A DNA stretch of 64,000 nucleotides, from assembly GCF_009914755.1 (NCBI RefSeq), contig NC_060925.1. One strand, written 5' to 3'. This stretch comes from the human T2T-CHM13v2.0 reference genome, Homo sapiens. The position numbers and the translations under genes were made by a program. This document shows positions 1 to 13,935 of the stretch, in pieces. Under the pieces are notes generated by a model. It was not told where the DNA came from. It saw nothing but the letters and a program-made list of their open reading frames with translations, and did no database searches. Positions within the stretch are counted from its first letter, which is position 1. Each line of letters opens with the position of its first letter.

Positions 1-35
1 ATATTAAATATATTGTACTACATGGTTCTGTAAAT

Positions 36-3000
36 TTTTATTTTAATTTTCAACTTTTATTTTAGATTCCAGGGGTACATATGTAGTTTTGTTATGAAGA
101 TATGTTGCATGATGCTGGAGTTTGGAGTACGATTGAACTTATCACTCAGGAAGTAGGCATAGTATCCAATAAGTAGTTTTTCAAACTTTGTCTTCCCCTA
201 CTCTTGAATTTTCCAGTGTCTATTGTTCCTATTTTTATAAATATGTCCATGTGTACCCAATGTGTAGCTCCCATTTGTAAGTGTGAACATGGAATATTTC
301 ATTTTTTGTTTAGTTTGCCTAGGTAAATGGCCTCCAGCTGCATTCATTTTACTGCAAATGAAATGATTTTGTTCTTTTTTATGGCTGTGTAGTATTCTGT
401 GATGTATACATGGAGGAACCACTTCACCACTGATGGGCACCTGGATTTGCTCCATGTCTCTTTGCTATTGTGAATAGTGCTTCAGTGAACATGCACACGC
501 ATGTGTCTTTATAATAGAACAATGTCTATTCCTTTGGGTATATACCCAGTAATAGGATTGCTAGGTGGAATGGTATTTCTCTCTTTAAATCTTTGAGGAA
601 TCATCACACTGTCTTCCACAATGGCTGACCTAATTTACACTCCAACCAACAGTGTATAAGCATTCCTTTTTCTCCACAACCTCACCAGCATGTATTATTT
701 TTTGACTTTTTAATAATAGCCATTCTGACTGGTGTGAGATGGTATCTCACTGTGGTTTTGATTTGCATTTCTCTGATGATTAGTGATGTTGAGCTTTTTT
801 TTTCATATATTTGTTGGCTGCTTACATGTATTCTTTTCAGAAGTATTTGTTCATGTCCTTTGCCCACTTTTTAATGAGGTTGTTTTTTGCTTGTTGATTT
901 AAGTTCCTTATAGATGATGGATATTAGGCCTTTGTCAGGTGCATAGTTTGTGACTATTTTCTCCTGTTCTGTAGGTTTTGTTTATTATGTTGATAGTTTC
1001 CCTTGCTGTGTAGAACCTCTTAGGTTTAATTAGGTCCAACTTGTCAATTTTTGTCTTTGTTGTAATTGCTTTTGGGGACTTAGCCATAAATTCTTTCACA
1101 TATTTGGGTTGATGTTGAGAAGGGTATTTTCTAGATTTTCTTATAGGATTTTTATAGTTTGAGGTCATATATTTAAATCTTTAATCTATCTCAAATTAAT
1201 TTTTATATATGCTGAAAGGTATGGGTCCAGCTTCAATCTTCTGCATAGAGTTAGTCAGTTATCCCAACACCATTTATTGAATAGGGACTCCTTTCCTCAT
1301 TGCTTGTTTTTGTTGGCGTTGTCAAAGATAAGATGGTTGCAGTTGTGTGGCTTTATTTCTGAGTTACCTATTCTATTCCATTGGTCTATGTGTCTGTTTT
1401 TGCGTGAGTACCATACTGTTTTGGTTACTGTAGCCTTGTAGTATAGTTTAAAGTCAGGTAATGTGATGCTTCTTGCTTTGTTCATTTTGTTTAGTACTGT
1501 CTTGGCTATTCAGAATCTTTTTTGGTTCCATGTGAATTTTAGAAGAGTTTTTTTCCAATTCTGTAAAAACAAGATGTTGGTAGTTTGATAGAACTAGCAT
1601 TAAATCTGTAGACTGCTTTGGGCAGTATGACCATTGTAATGATATTGATTCTTCCAATCCATGAGCATAGTATGTTTTTTCATTTGTTTGCATCACCTCT
1701 GATTTTTTTTCACAAATATTTTGCAGCTCTCCTTATAGAGGTCTTTCATTCCTGGGCTGGATTTATTCTGAGGTATTTTATTTACTTTGTGGCTATTGAA
1801 AATGGCTTTGCATTCTTGATTTGACTCTCAGTCTGCACATTATTGGTATATAGAAATGCTACTGATTTTTGTACATTGATTTTGTGTCCTGAAACTTTAC
1901 TAAAATTATCAGTTTTAGGAGCCTTTTGGCAGAGTCTTTAGGGTTTTCTAGATATAGAGTATCATTAGCAAAGAGAAATAGTTTGATTTCTTTTTTTCCT
2001 ATTGTATGCCTTTCATTTCTTTCACCTGTCTGATTGCTCTGGCTAGGATTTCCAGTACTAGGTTGAATAAGAGGGGTGAGATTGGGTATACTTTTCTTAT
2101 TCCATTTCTCCAGGCGAATGGTTCTAGGTTTTGCCCATTCAGTATGATGTTGGCTGGGGGTTTGTTAGAGATGGTTGTTATTATTTTGAGGTATGTTTCT
2201 TTGGTGCCTAATCTGTTGAGGGTTTTTATCATACAGCGATGTTGAGTTTTATTGAAGGCTTTTTCTGCTTCTACTAAGATAATCATATGGTTTAAAAAAT
2301 AATTATGTTTATGTGGTGAATCGCATTTATTAATCTGCTTATGTTGAACCAACCTTGCATCCCAGCAATAAAGCCTACTTGATGATGCTGTATTAACTTT
2401 TTTATGTGCTGCTGAATTCAATTTGCTAATATGGTTGAGGAGTTTTGTGTCTATGCTCATCAGGGATAGTGGCCTGAATTTTTCTTTTTTCACTGTGTCT
2501 CTGCCAGGTTTTAGTATCAGAATGATGTTGGCTTTGTAGAATGAGTTCAGGAGGATTCCCTCCTTCTCAATTTTTTGGAATAGTTTCATAGGATTGGTAC
2601 TAGCTCTTCTTTGTATGTCTGGTAGAATTTGGCTGTGAATCCATCTGGTTGCAAGCTTTTTCAGCTGGCAGGATTTTTACTACTGCTTTGATTTTGGAAC
2701 TCATTATTGGTTGATTCAGGGTTTCAATTTCTCCCTGAATGAATTTTGAGAAGTTGTATGTGACCAAGAATTGATTCACTTACTTTAGATTTCCTAGTTT
2801 ATATGCATAGGAATGTTCACAATAGTCTCTGAGGATCTTTTATATTTCTGGGATTGGTTGCAATATCATCTTTGTCATTTCTGATTGTGCTTATTTGGAT
2901 CTCTTTTTTTTTTCTTTGTTAATCTAACCAGCAGTTTATCAATCTTGTTTATCCTTTCAAAGAACCAATCTCTGCTTTTGTTGATATTTTGTGTGGAGTT

Positions 3001-5880
3001 TTGCATCTTAATTTCATTTAGTTCTGCTATTATTTTAGTTACTTCATTTCTCCTGCTAACTTTGGGGTTAGTTTGTTCTTTTTTTTTCTAGTTTCTGTAG
3101 GTATAATGTTAGATTGTTAGTTTGAGATCTTTCTACCTTCTTGATGAAGGCAATTAGCGCTATAAACTTTCCTTTTAACACGGCTTTCACTCAGTTTCAG
3201 AGATTTTGGTGTGTTGCGTCTCTATTCATTTCAAAGAATTTTCTTATTTCTGCTTTAATTTCATTGTTTATCCAAAAGTCATTCAGAAGTAAGTTATTTG
3301 ATATCCATGTAACTGTGTAGTTTTGCAAGATCTTCTTGGTATGGATTTCTATTTTTTATTGCACTGTGGACCAAGAGTATGGTTGGTATGATTCTGATTT
3401 TTTGAATTTATTGAGACTTGCTTAATGGCCAAACACATGGTTAATCTTAGAGTATTTTCCATGTAGAGATGAGAAGAATGTATATTCTATGGTTGTTGGG
3501 TGGAGTATCTGTAGATGTCTATTACTTTGGTCAAGTGTTTAATTTAAGTCCAGAACTTCTTTGTTAGTTTTCTGCCTTGATGATCTGTCTAATTTTGTCA
3601 GTGGAGTGTTGAAGTTCCCTGCTGTTATTGTGTGACTGCCTAAGACCACACAATAGCACTAGTTCTAGAAGTACTTGTAGCTCTAGAAGCACTTGTTTTT
3701 ACGCATTTAGGTGCTACAATGTTGGGTGCATAAACATTTAGGATAGTTAAGTCTTCTTGTTGAATTACACCTTTTATCATTATGTAACGCCCTTCTTTGT
3801 GCTTTTTGACTGCTGCTGGCTTAACATCTCTTTAATCTGATATAAGAATAGTGCCCCACACTTTTTTTTTTTGTTTTCTATTTGCATGATATATCTTTCT
3901 TTATCCTTTTATTTTGAGCCTGAGGTTGCTGTTACATGTGAGATGGGTCTCTTGAAGACAGCAGATGGTTGGGTCTTTTTTCTAAAATCTAATTAACTAC
4001 TCTATGCCTTTTAAGTGGGGCATTTAGACCATTTATTTTTAAGATTAATATTGACATGTGGGGTTTTGATACTGTTATCATGTTGTTAGTTGTTTTGTAA
4101 ACTCAATTGTGTCATTGCTTTATAGGGTCTTTGGGCTATGTGCTTAAGTTTTTGTTGTGGTAGTAGTTACTATTCTTTCATTTCCATGTTTAGAACCCTC
4201 TTAAAGACCTCTCTGGATCTTAAGGACCTCAGCTTGTCTGGAAAGGATTTTATTTCTCTTTTGTTTATGATGCTTAGTTTGGTGGGATATGAAATTCTTG
4301 GTTGACATTTATTTTCTTTAAGGATGTTAAAAATAGCTTTCTAACTTTTCTGGCTTGTAAGGTTTCTGCTGAGAGATATGCTGTTAGCCTGGTGGGACTT
4401 TCTTTGTAGTGACCTAACCCTTTTCTCTAACTGCCTTTAATATTTTTGCTTTTGTGTTGACCTTGATGAATCTGATTACTATGTGCCTTGTGCATAGTCA
4501 TCTTGTATATGGGGTTCTCTCAAAAGTTTTCTGAATTTCTTGAATTTGCATGTTGACTTTCTAGTGAGGTGAAGAAATTCTCATAGACTATATCCACGCA
4601 GATGATTTTCAAGTTGTTTACTCTCTTGCCTTCTCTCTCAGGAATGCCAAAGAGTTGTTGGTTTGGTCTCTTTACATAATCCGTATTTCTCTGATATTTT
4701 GTTCATTTTTAAAAATTCTTTTTACTTTATTTTTGCCTGACTGGGTTGATTTAAAGGACTGGTCTTTGAGTTCTGAGATTATTTCCCCAGCTTGATCTAT
4801 TCTGTTATTAATGCTTTCTACCGTATTATGAAATTCATGTAGTGAATTTTTTAATTCTAGAAGTTCCATTTGGTTCTTTCTTAAAATGGCTATGTCAGCT
4901 TTCAACTCTTGGATTATTTTAGTGGCTTTTTTGGATTGGGCTTCAACTTCCTCCTGAATCTCATTGAGCTTTCTTGTCATCCAGATTCTGAATTCTATGT
5001 CTGTCATTTCAATCTTGTTGGAAGCCATTGCTGGGGAATGAGTGTGATCATTTAGGGGTAAGGGGACACCCTGACTTTTTGAATTGCCAGAGTTGTTGAG
5101 CTAATTATTTATCAACTGAGAGGGCTGGTATTTCTTTATATTTTTGAAGTTGCTATCATTTGGATGGGACTTTTTGTATTTATATTCTTCATGTTGAATA
5201 TAGTTGATTGGCTTCATTTCTGGTTCTTTCTGAGGGCCAAAGCTGTGTGCGGGATTTATTTATTTATTTTTTTTGTGGCTTGATTCCTGCATTGGGTTTC
5301 ACTGACAATATGTGCCGAACGAATTTTTGTTTGGTGGTGTAATTCAGGCTATCATCCAGTAGATGGCTTGCAGATAGGCTTTTGCTCAGCCATGTGCCTC
5401 TCTTGGTATTTCAGCATGTTTGCAGCTGTGCTCTGGGGTTGGGGGAGGTGGAGGGTGAGAGAAAACCCCCTTGCCAGATCCATTCCCATGTCTTGAGGCA
5501 GCCCCTTCCAATCACTGATATCGGGCTTGTGTTTCCTTAGCCCCACAGGGGAGCCTGGCAGGCCACACTTTCTCCTCTCTTAGGGGTGGCATGAGACAAA
5601 GGTTAGGCCAGGTTGGTCGCCTGGTGACCTACAGCTCCCTGGGTGCCCACTGTCCCTCTGTGTTTGGCAGAGACCAGGTGTGTTGTAGGGTGTGGCTGTG
5701 GGCTTCTGTTGATGCAGTAGGTCGAGGATGGGGATCATCAGGCAGGGCAGTGTTGTCATGGATGTGCAACTGGTGTGGTATCTGTGGCACATGGTTTTTT
5801 GCACAGCTGATGGCTGTGGGAACTGCCCAGTGCACAGTCCACTGACTGGGCTCCTTCTAGTGTCTGCCCCAGTAGCTGGC
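36..5880 (-). mobile_element. Old primate L1 (L1 #1; L1PA15/16-L1PB age class): 3'UTR, ORF2, ORF1 and part of the 5'UTR; degenerate
   Basis: T-rich tail at about 36-65 followed by an L1 3'UTR. Minus-strand ORF fragments match L1 ORF2 (1999-2589 [11 protein letters not shown]...[15 protein letters not shown]; 682-867 [17 protein letters not shown]) and the ORF1 coiled coil (4672-5028). Many stops and frameshifts. Confidence 0.93.
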
Positions 5881-7761
5881 CCAACCAGGTAGTTTTTTTT
5901 TGTTGTTGTTGTTGTTTTTAACTTTTTTAAGTTCAGGGGTGCATATGAAGGTTTGTTATATAGGTACACATGTACCATGGGAGTTTGTTGTACAGATTAC
6001 TTCATCACCCAGGTATTAAGCCTAGTACCCATTAGTTATTTTTCCTGATTCTCTCCCTACTCCCATCCTCCACCCTCCAATAGGCCCCAGTGTGTATTGT
6101 TCCCCTCTATGTGTTTATGTGTTCTCAATACTTAGCTCTTGCCTATAAGAGAAAACAGGCAGTATTTAGTTGTTTGTTCCTGTGCTAGTTTGCTAAGGAT
6201 AATGGCCTCCAGGTCCATCCATGTTCCTGCAAAGAACATGATCTCATTCTTTTTTTATGACTGCATAATATTCCATGGCATATACGTACCACATTTTCTT
6301 TATACAATCTATCATTTATAGGCATTTAGGTTGATTCCATGACTTTGCTATTGTGAATAGTGCTGCAGTGAACATATGTGTGCATGTGTCTTTATAACAG
6401 AATGATTTATTCTTTTGGGTATATACCCAGTAATGGGATTGCTGGGTCAAATGGTATTTCTAAATTTAGATCTTTGAGGAATCACCACACTATCTTTCAC
6501 AATAGCTGAAATAATTTGCACTCCCAACAACAGTGTATAAGCATTCTGCTTTCTCCACAACCTCACCAGCACCTGTTTTTTTTTTTTTTTTTTTTTGACT
6601 TTTTAATAGTAGCCATTTTGACTGGTGTGAGATTGTATCATATTGTGGTTTTGACTTGCATTTCTCTAATAATCAGTGATGTGGAACTTTTTTTCATATG
6701 CTTGTTGGCTACATGTATGTCTTCTTTTGAAAAGTGTCTGTTCATGTCCTTTGCCCACTTTTTTGGGGGGGCTGCTTGTTTTTTTCTTGTAAATTTGTTT
6801 AAGTTCCTTATAGATGCTGGATATTAGACCTTTGTCAGATGCATAGTCTGCAAAAATTTTTCTCCCATTCTGTAGGTTGTCTTTTGAGTAAGATGATAAT
6901 TTCTCTTGCTGTGCAGAAGCTCTTTAATTTAATTAGATCCCATTTATCAATTTTTGCTTTTGTTGCAATTGCTTTTGGCGTCTTCATTATAAAATCTTTG
7001 CCCATGTCTATGTCCTGAATGGTATTACCTAGGTTGTCTTCCAGAATTGCTATCGTTTTGGATATTACATTTAAGTCTTTAAATTCACCATGAGTTGATT
7101 TTTGTATAAGGAATAAGGAGGGTATCCAGTTTTTATCTTCTGCATATGGCTAGCCAGTTATCCCAGCATCATTTATTAAATAGGGAATCCTTTCCCCATT
7201 GCTTGCTTTTGTCAGGCTTGTTGAGATCAGATAGTTAGTTGTAGGTATGTTGCCTTACTTCTGGGTTCTCTATTCTGTTTCATGGGTCTATGTGCCTGTT
7301 TTTGTACCAGTACCATGCTGTTTTAGTTACTGTAGCTCTGTAATATAGTTTGAAGTCGGGTAGCATGATACCTCCAGCTTTGTTCTTTTTGCTTAGGATT
7401 GTTTTGGCTATTTGACCCTTTTTTGGTTCCATATGAATTTTAAAATAGTGTTTTTCTAGTTCTATGAAGAATTTCCATGGTAGTTAATAGAAATAGCATT
7501 GAATTTGTAAATTGCTTTGGACAGTAAGGCCATTTTAATATTGATTCTTTTTGTTCATGAGCATGGATGTTTTTGCATTTTTTTGTGTCATCTCTGATTT
7601 ATTTGAGCAGTGGTTTGTAGTTTCCCTTGTGGAGATCTTTCACTTCCCTAGTAAGTTATGTTCCTAGGTATTTTATTCTTTTTGTGGCAATTGTAAATGG
7701 GAGTACATTCTTGATTTTACTCTTAGCTTAACTGTTGTTGGTGTATAGGAATGCGAATGAC

Positions 7762-8000
<239 letters not shown>

Positions 8001-8864
8001 ATTGATTTTGAATCCTGAAATTTTGTTGAAGTTGTTTCAGTTTTTGCCCACTCCATATGATGTTGGCTCTGGGTTTTTCATAGATGGCTCTTATTATTTT
8101 GAGGTATGTTCCTTCAATACCTAGTTTATTGAGAGTTTTTAACATGAATTGATGTTTAATTTTATCAAAAGCCTTTTCTGCATCCATTGAGATAATAATT
8201 TGGTTTTGTCTTTAGTTCTGTTTATGTGATGACCTTGCATCCCAGAGTTAAAGCCTACTTGATCATGATGGATAAGCCTTTTGATGTGCTGCTGGATTTG
8301 GTTTGCCAATATTTTGTTGAGAATTTTTACATTGATGTTCATAAAAAATATGGACCTGAAGTTTTCTTTTTATGTTGTATCTCTCCCAGATTTTGATATT
8401 AGGATGATGCTGAGTTAGGGAGGGGTCCATTTTTATTTTTTTGAATAGTTTCAGTAGGAAAAGTACCAGCTCTTTTTTGTACACTTGGTAGAATTCAGCT
8501 GTGAACCCATCTGGTTCCTGGGCTTTTTTGGGTCAGTAGGCTATTTAATATTGCCTCAATTTCAGGGCTCATTATTGGTCGGTTCAGGAATTCAATTTCT
8601 TCCTGGTTCAGTCTTGGGAGAGAGTGTGTGTCCAGGAATTTATTTATTTCTGTAGATTTTCTAGTATATGTGCATAGAGGTGTGTATAGTACTCTCTGAT
8701 GGTTGTTTGTATTTCTGTGGGGTCAGTGGTAATATACCCCTTATCATTTCTGATTATTGCTATTTGATTGTTCTCTGTTGTCTTTTTTATTAGTCTAGCT
8801 AGTAGTCTACTTTCTTAATTTTTTCAAAAAAAAAACAACCCCAGATTTGTTGATTGTTTTGAAG

Positions 8865-8866
<2 letters not shown>

Positions 8867-8903
<37 letters not shown>
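8867..8903. repeat. Poly-T tract (37 nt) inside L1 #2 ORF2
   Basis: Uninterrupted T run counted directly. Confidence 0.95.
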
Positions 8904-8904
<1 letters not shown>

Positions 8905-9838
8905 TCTCTCTATCTCCTTTAGTTCCACTCTGATCTTGGTTATCTTTTGTCTTATTCTAGCTATGGTGTTTGTTTGCTATTGGTTCTCTAGTTATTTAGT
9001 TTTGTTGTTAGCTTCTTAATTTGAGATCTTCCTAGCTTTTTGATGTGGGCATTTAGTGATATAAATTTCCCTCTTAACACTGCTTTAGTTACATCCCAGA
9101 GATTTTGGTACACTGTCTCTCTGTTCTCATTTTTCAAAGAACTTCTTGATTTCTGCCTTAATTTCATTATTTACCCAAAAGTCTTTCAGGTGCAGGCTAT
9201 TCCACTTCCATGTAATCATACGATTTTGAGTGGATTTCTTAGTCTTGATTTCTAATTTGATTGTGCTGCAGTCCAAGAGAATGTTTGTTATAATTTCATT
9301 TCTTTTGCATTTGTTGAGGAGTTTTTTACTTCCAAGTATGTGATCAATTTTAGAGTATGTGCCATATGATGAGGAGAAGAATCTATATTCTGTTGTTTTT
9401 AGGTGGAGAGTTCTGTAGATATCTATCAGGCCCATTTGAGCCTGTGCTGAGTTAAGGTCCTAAATACGTTTGTTAATTTTCTGTCTCAGTGATCTGTCTA
9501 ATATTGTTAGTGGGGTGTTTAAGTCTCTCACTATTATTGTGTGGGAATCTAAGTTTCTTTGCAGGTCTCTAAAAACTTGCTTTATGAATCTGGGTACTCC
9601 TGTATTGGGTGCTCATATATTTAGGATAGTTAGATCTTCTTGTTGAATTGAACCCTTTACCATTATATAATGCCCTGTTTGTCTTTTTTGATCTTTGTTT
9701 GTTTGAAGTCTGTTTTGCCAGAAACTAGGATTGCAATTCCTGATTCTGATTTCCATTTGCTTTGTACATTATTTCTCCATCCGTTTGTTTTTACCATATA
9801 TTTGTCATTACATGTGAGATGGGTCTCTTGAAGACAGC

Positions 9839-10215
9839 TGATATGGTTTGTCTCTGTGTCCCCACCCAAATCTCATGTCAAATTGTAATTTCCAATGTTG
9901 GAGGAGGGACCTGGTAGGAAGTGATGGGATCATGGGGGTTGTTCTCTTGTTGTTCTCATGATAATGAGTGAGTTCTCATGAGATCTGGTTGTTTAAAAGT
10001 GTGTAGCACTTCTTCCTTTGCTCTCTCTCCTGCCACCATGTGAAGACGTTCCTTACTTCCCCTTTGTCTTCTGCCATGATTGTAAGTTTTCCAAGGCTTC
10101 CCCAGCCATGCCTCCTGTACAACATGCAGAACTGTGAGTAAATTAGGCCTATTTTCTCCATAAATTACCCAGTCTCATATATGTCTTTATACCAGTGTGA
10201 GAATGGACTAATCCA
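9839..10215 (+). mobile_element. MaLR solo LTR (MSTA-like)
   Basis: Starts tgatatggtttg...cccacccaaatctcatg and ends gaatggactaatcca; flanked by 5-bp TSD acagc (9834-9838 / 10216-10220). Confidence 0.9.
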
Positions 10216-10938
10216 ACAGCATACAAGTGGGTCTTGGTTTTTTACCCAGGCTGCCATTCTGTGTCTTTTAATTGGGTCATTAAGCCCATGTATATTTTAG
10301 ATTAGTATTGATATGTGTGGATTTGATTCTGTCATCATGATGTTAGCTGGTTATTTTGCAGACTTTTTAGTGTGGTTGCTTTATAGTGTCACTGGTCTGT
10401 GTACTTCAGTGTGTTTCTGTTATGCCTGGTAACAGTTTTTCCTTTCCATATTTAGTGCTTCCTCAGGAGCTCTTGTAAGGCAGGTCTAGAAGTAACAAAT
10501 TCCCATATTCCCTCAGCATTTGCTTGTCTGAAAAGGATTTTATTTCTCCTTTGCTTATGAAGCTTAGTTTGGCCAGACATTAAATTCTGGCTTAGAATTT
10601 CCATCCTTTAAGAATGTTGAATACTGGTGCCCAGTCTCTTCTGGCTTGTAGGTTTCAGCTAAGTGTTCCACTGTTAGTCTGATGGGCTTCTCTTGTAGGT
10701 GACCTGACCATTCTCCCTAGGTGCCTTAAAATTTTTTCTTTCATTTAGACCTTGGAGAATCTGATGATTATGTGTCTTGAGAATGATCTTTTGAAGTATC
10801 TGACCAGGGTTCTTGGCATTTCCTGAATTTGAATGTTGGCCTCTCTAGTTAGGCTGGGGAAGTTTTCATGGATGATATCCTGAAATATATTTTCCAAGTT
10901 GGTTCCATTCTCAACATTTCTTCCAGGTACACCAATCA

Positions 10939-11240
10939 GTCATAGATTCAATCTTTGTACATAATCCTTTATTTCTCAGAGATTTTGTTCATTCCTTTTC
11001 ATTCTTTTATCCTCTATTATTGTTGCCTTTTATTTCAGAAAGCCAGGCTTCAAGCTCTGATATTATTTCCTCTGCTTGGTCTATTCGGTCATAGATTCAA
11101 TCTTTGTACATAATCCTGTTATTTCTCAGAGATTTTGTTCATTCCTTTCCATTCTTTTTTCCTCTATTCTTGTTCCCTGTCTTTTGTTTCAGAAAGCCAG
11201 TCTTCAAGTTCTGAGATTATTTCCTCTGCTTGGTCTATTC
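10939..11240. repeat. About 150-bp tandem duplication within L1 #2 ORF1
   Basis: gtcatagattcaatctttgtacataatcc...ttcctctgcttggtctattc occurs at 10939-11086 and again at 11088-11240, with scattered differences. Confidence 0.92.
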
Positions 11241-11628
11241 TGCTATTAATTCTTGTGATAACATTATTATATTCCTGTAGTGTGTTTTTTCAGCTCTGTC
11301 AGGTCAGTTACAGAGCTTTACTGGATATTTTGTCTTTTCTTTACTGGATATTTTGTCTGTCAACTCCTGCAACGTTTTATCATGATTTTTAGTTTCCTTG
11401 CATTGGGTTTCAATGTACTCATGGAGCTCAATGAACTTCATTCCTATCCATATTCTGAATTTTATTTCCGTCATTTCAGCCATCTCAGCCTCTGCATAGT
11501 TCCAAACACTTGCTGGAGAGGTAATGTGGTCATTTGGAGGAAAGAAGGCACTCTGGCTTTTTGAGCAATTTTTTGCTGATTCTTTCTCATCTTTGTGGGT
11601 TTATCTACCTTCAATCTTTGAGGTAACT

Positions 11629-12502
11629 TGTAGGGAGACCCCCTGAAACTATTGCTATGGAATAAAAGAGGAAATGCTCCTGATTATTGTAAATACAAAA
11701 TCGCATGCAAGATTGTGTTAAGACAATGCCAGGTTGGACTGCCAGAATGAGCCAACAGCATGTGATGTGCTTCCCCCTGCAGAGAGCCTATGAACGGACT
11801 TGCAGTCAGGGAGGTTTCACATCACCAAGATTCCTATCCCAGAAAAGCAGATGTTTGTAGCTCTGGGGATGGAAAGTGACCCTTGTGGAGAGCCTAGAAT
11901 TGGATGCATGAGGGGCGCCTGTTCATATGGATAAGATAAGGCTATAAACGCCCTCATCTTGCCATGGCTCTTCGAGGCCTCTTTAGGGTTAAGGCATACT
12001 CCCTTCTGAGAATTTCTGGTCTAACCGGTTGTCTAGCTTCACATCCTGTTTCTATGGATTGTTTGTAACCAGCTTTTGCTGCAACTGTTACTGCTGATTA
12101 ATATCTTGCTAGTCATAGGTTACGAGAAGACTGTGTTTCTATTTTAAGACTCTGTTAGAAATTACTGATGCACACACTATATTGTAAATTCTTATCTCTG
12201 TATACTGTACTTCTGCATACAGATGTTATGTTAAAGAATTTCTTCATCCTCATGTGACCATCTCACCTCATAATCAAACAACCCTAAATCCCTCACTAAC
12301 CTACCCCTGCCCTCACTAAACTCAATAATAAATGCTGGTATATCCAGTGCATTGGCGGCATCACGGGACTAGAAGGCGGTGACCCCCCTGGACCCAGCTT
12401 TCACTATCTTGTGTGTGTCTATTATTTCTTGACCTGCCGATCCGCCTGGGAACAAAGAAAGAGCCCTGTTGCATTGTGGGCTGCTGGCCAGATCCTGCAA
12501 TA
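11629..12502 (+). mobile_element. ERVK-class solo LTR (MER11D-like)
   Basis: About 875 bp from TGTAGGGAGACCCCCTGAAAC to CCTGCAATA; 6-bp TSD gtaact/gttact; TATAAA at 11943 and AATAAA at 12327. Family name from recall. Confidence 0.75.
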
Positions 12503-13935
12503 GTTACTAATCTTTGAATGTTTTTTCTTTTATCCTATTTGATGACCTTGAGGGTGTGATTGTAGTATAAGGTGGATTCAGTTGTCTGGCTTCATTTCTG
12601 GGAAATTTTAAGTGGCCAATGCTCAGCCCCCAACTCCTGGGCTACATGCTGTAACTCTGGAGGACTTGTATTGGGTCCTGACTTTGTTGTCTGGCTCCTT
12701 GAGGTTTGGAGTCCACCACTCGGGGTGGGGGTGGTGGCAAGATGCAGTAGCTGCAGCAGAGTGCTAGTGGATGCAGTGGTGGCTGGCTCCCTGTGGATGT
12801 TAATCACAGTGAGGGAGGCAAGGCAGCTTAGGAGGAAAGCGGAGGTCGGGGGGGCCTGCTGAAGACTGTGTGTGCTGTTGCATGGAAGTGGAGTTGGCTT
12901 GGACAAGGTGCTGGCCAGTGCAGGTCTGGGTACCTTCTCTGTGCTCTGCAAGCTGGAGTGATGGCTCAGGGAGGATACCTTGTTCTCTTCCCAGTGTTAG
13001 AGCAAGAGCAGGGCACTGGCTGAGGTGGGGTTTGCTGGCTCTGTTCCCATCAAGGCTCCCTCTGCAGTGGCAGTCTGGTGGGGTTGAGAGGTGTACTGCA
13101 CTCACACATGCTGGTGGAGCAAGTAAAGCAAAACCTGCCCATGCAGACATGCATCAGTAAAGTGATGTGGGGAGTTGCCATGGGATTAGGGGAAGCTGCA
13201 CTATGGGGAGGGAGCATGTGGGTTGGTATGCAGCCTTAGAAGCTGCCTCTCTGGAGCTCTTCACTGCTCAGGGATGGTCTGCTGGCACAGAAGCCATGGT
13301 GTGGATTCTCAGGGAACCCAAGACTGCCCTATAAGAAGTCATGGCCAGGCTGGGGCCCCTAGAGAGGTCAGCAGACCAAGGAATGCTCAGGTTGAACCAG
13401 CCCCATCTGAGGTGCTCCACCGCCCTTCAGAGGTCAAATCTGTCAGTTCCCTTAGGGCTAAAGTCTCCTATGGCAGCAAGTTGAGCCTAGAGGGATGTTC
13501 TTCCCTGGCCCTTCTCCACTACAGCCACTCCCACCACCACACCGCAGCCACTCTGCGCTTCACATCAGCTCGCCTGCTGCCCCACCACTTCTCTAAGCAG
13601 CTCCTCCTGCCACCTCAATTGTCCATGGTGGTCGAAGGGTTCCCTCCTGTCAGGAATCCAGAGGCCCATGACAAGAGTGGGTTGCTCCTTGCCAGTTCAA
13701 CTAACCCATTCCCCCAGAGCTGTTGTGGTTCAATAATGAGCCCCAGTGTGCAGTAGCCCTTTCAAGGTTCTCAGTTTTTTACCCTTCAGATCAACTTCTG
13801 TGTCTTCCCTCTCTCCACTCTCAGCGCCTTCCCTCTGAAGATCTGTTAAAAGCACGCCAGTATTCTCAATCCCTCTGTGGGAGCCACTCCACTTGTCTGC
13901 ATCTAGTCAGTCTTCTTGCCCCCCCATCTCAGTTT

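Noticed and set aside
1999-2589. 196-aa reverse-transcriptase-like ORF (and similar ORFs at 28566-30082 and 57952-58800)
   Set aside because: Frameshifted fragments of L1 ORF2; no intact ORF1/ORF2 pair, so neither an active element nor a novel RT system.
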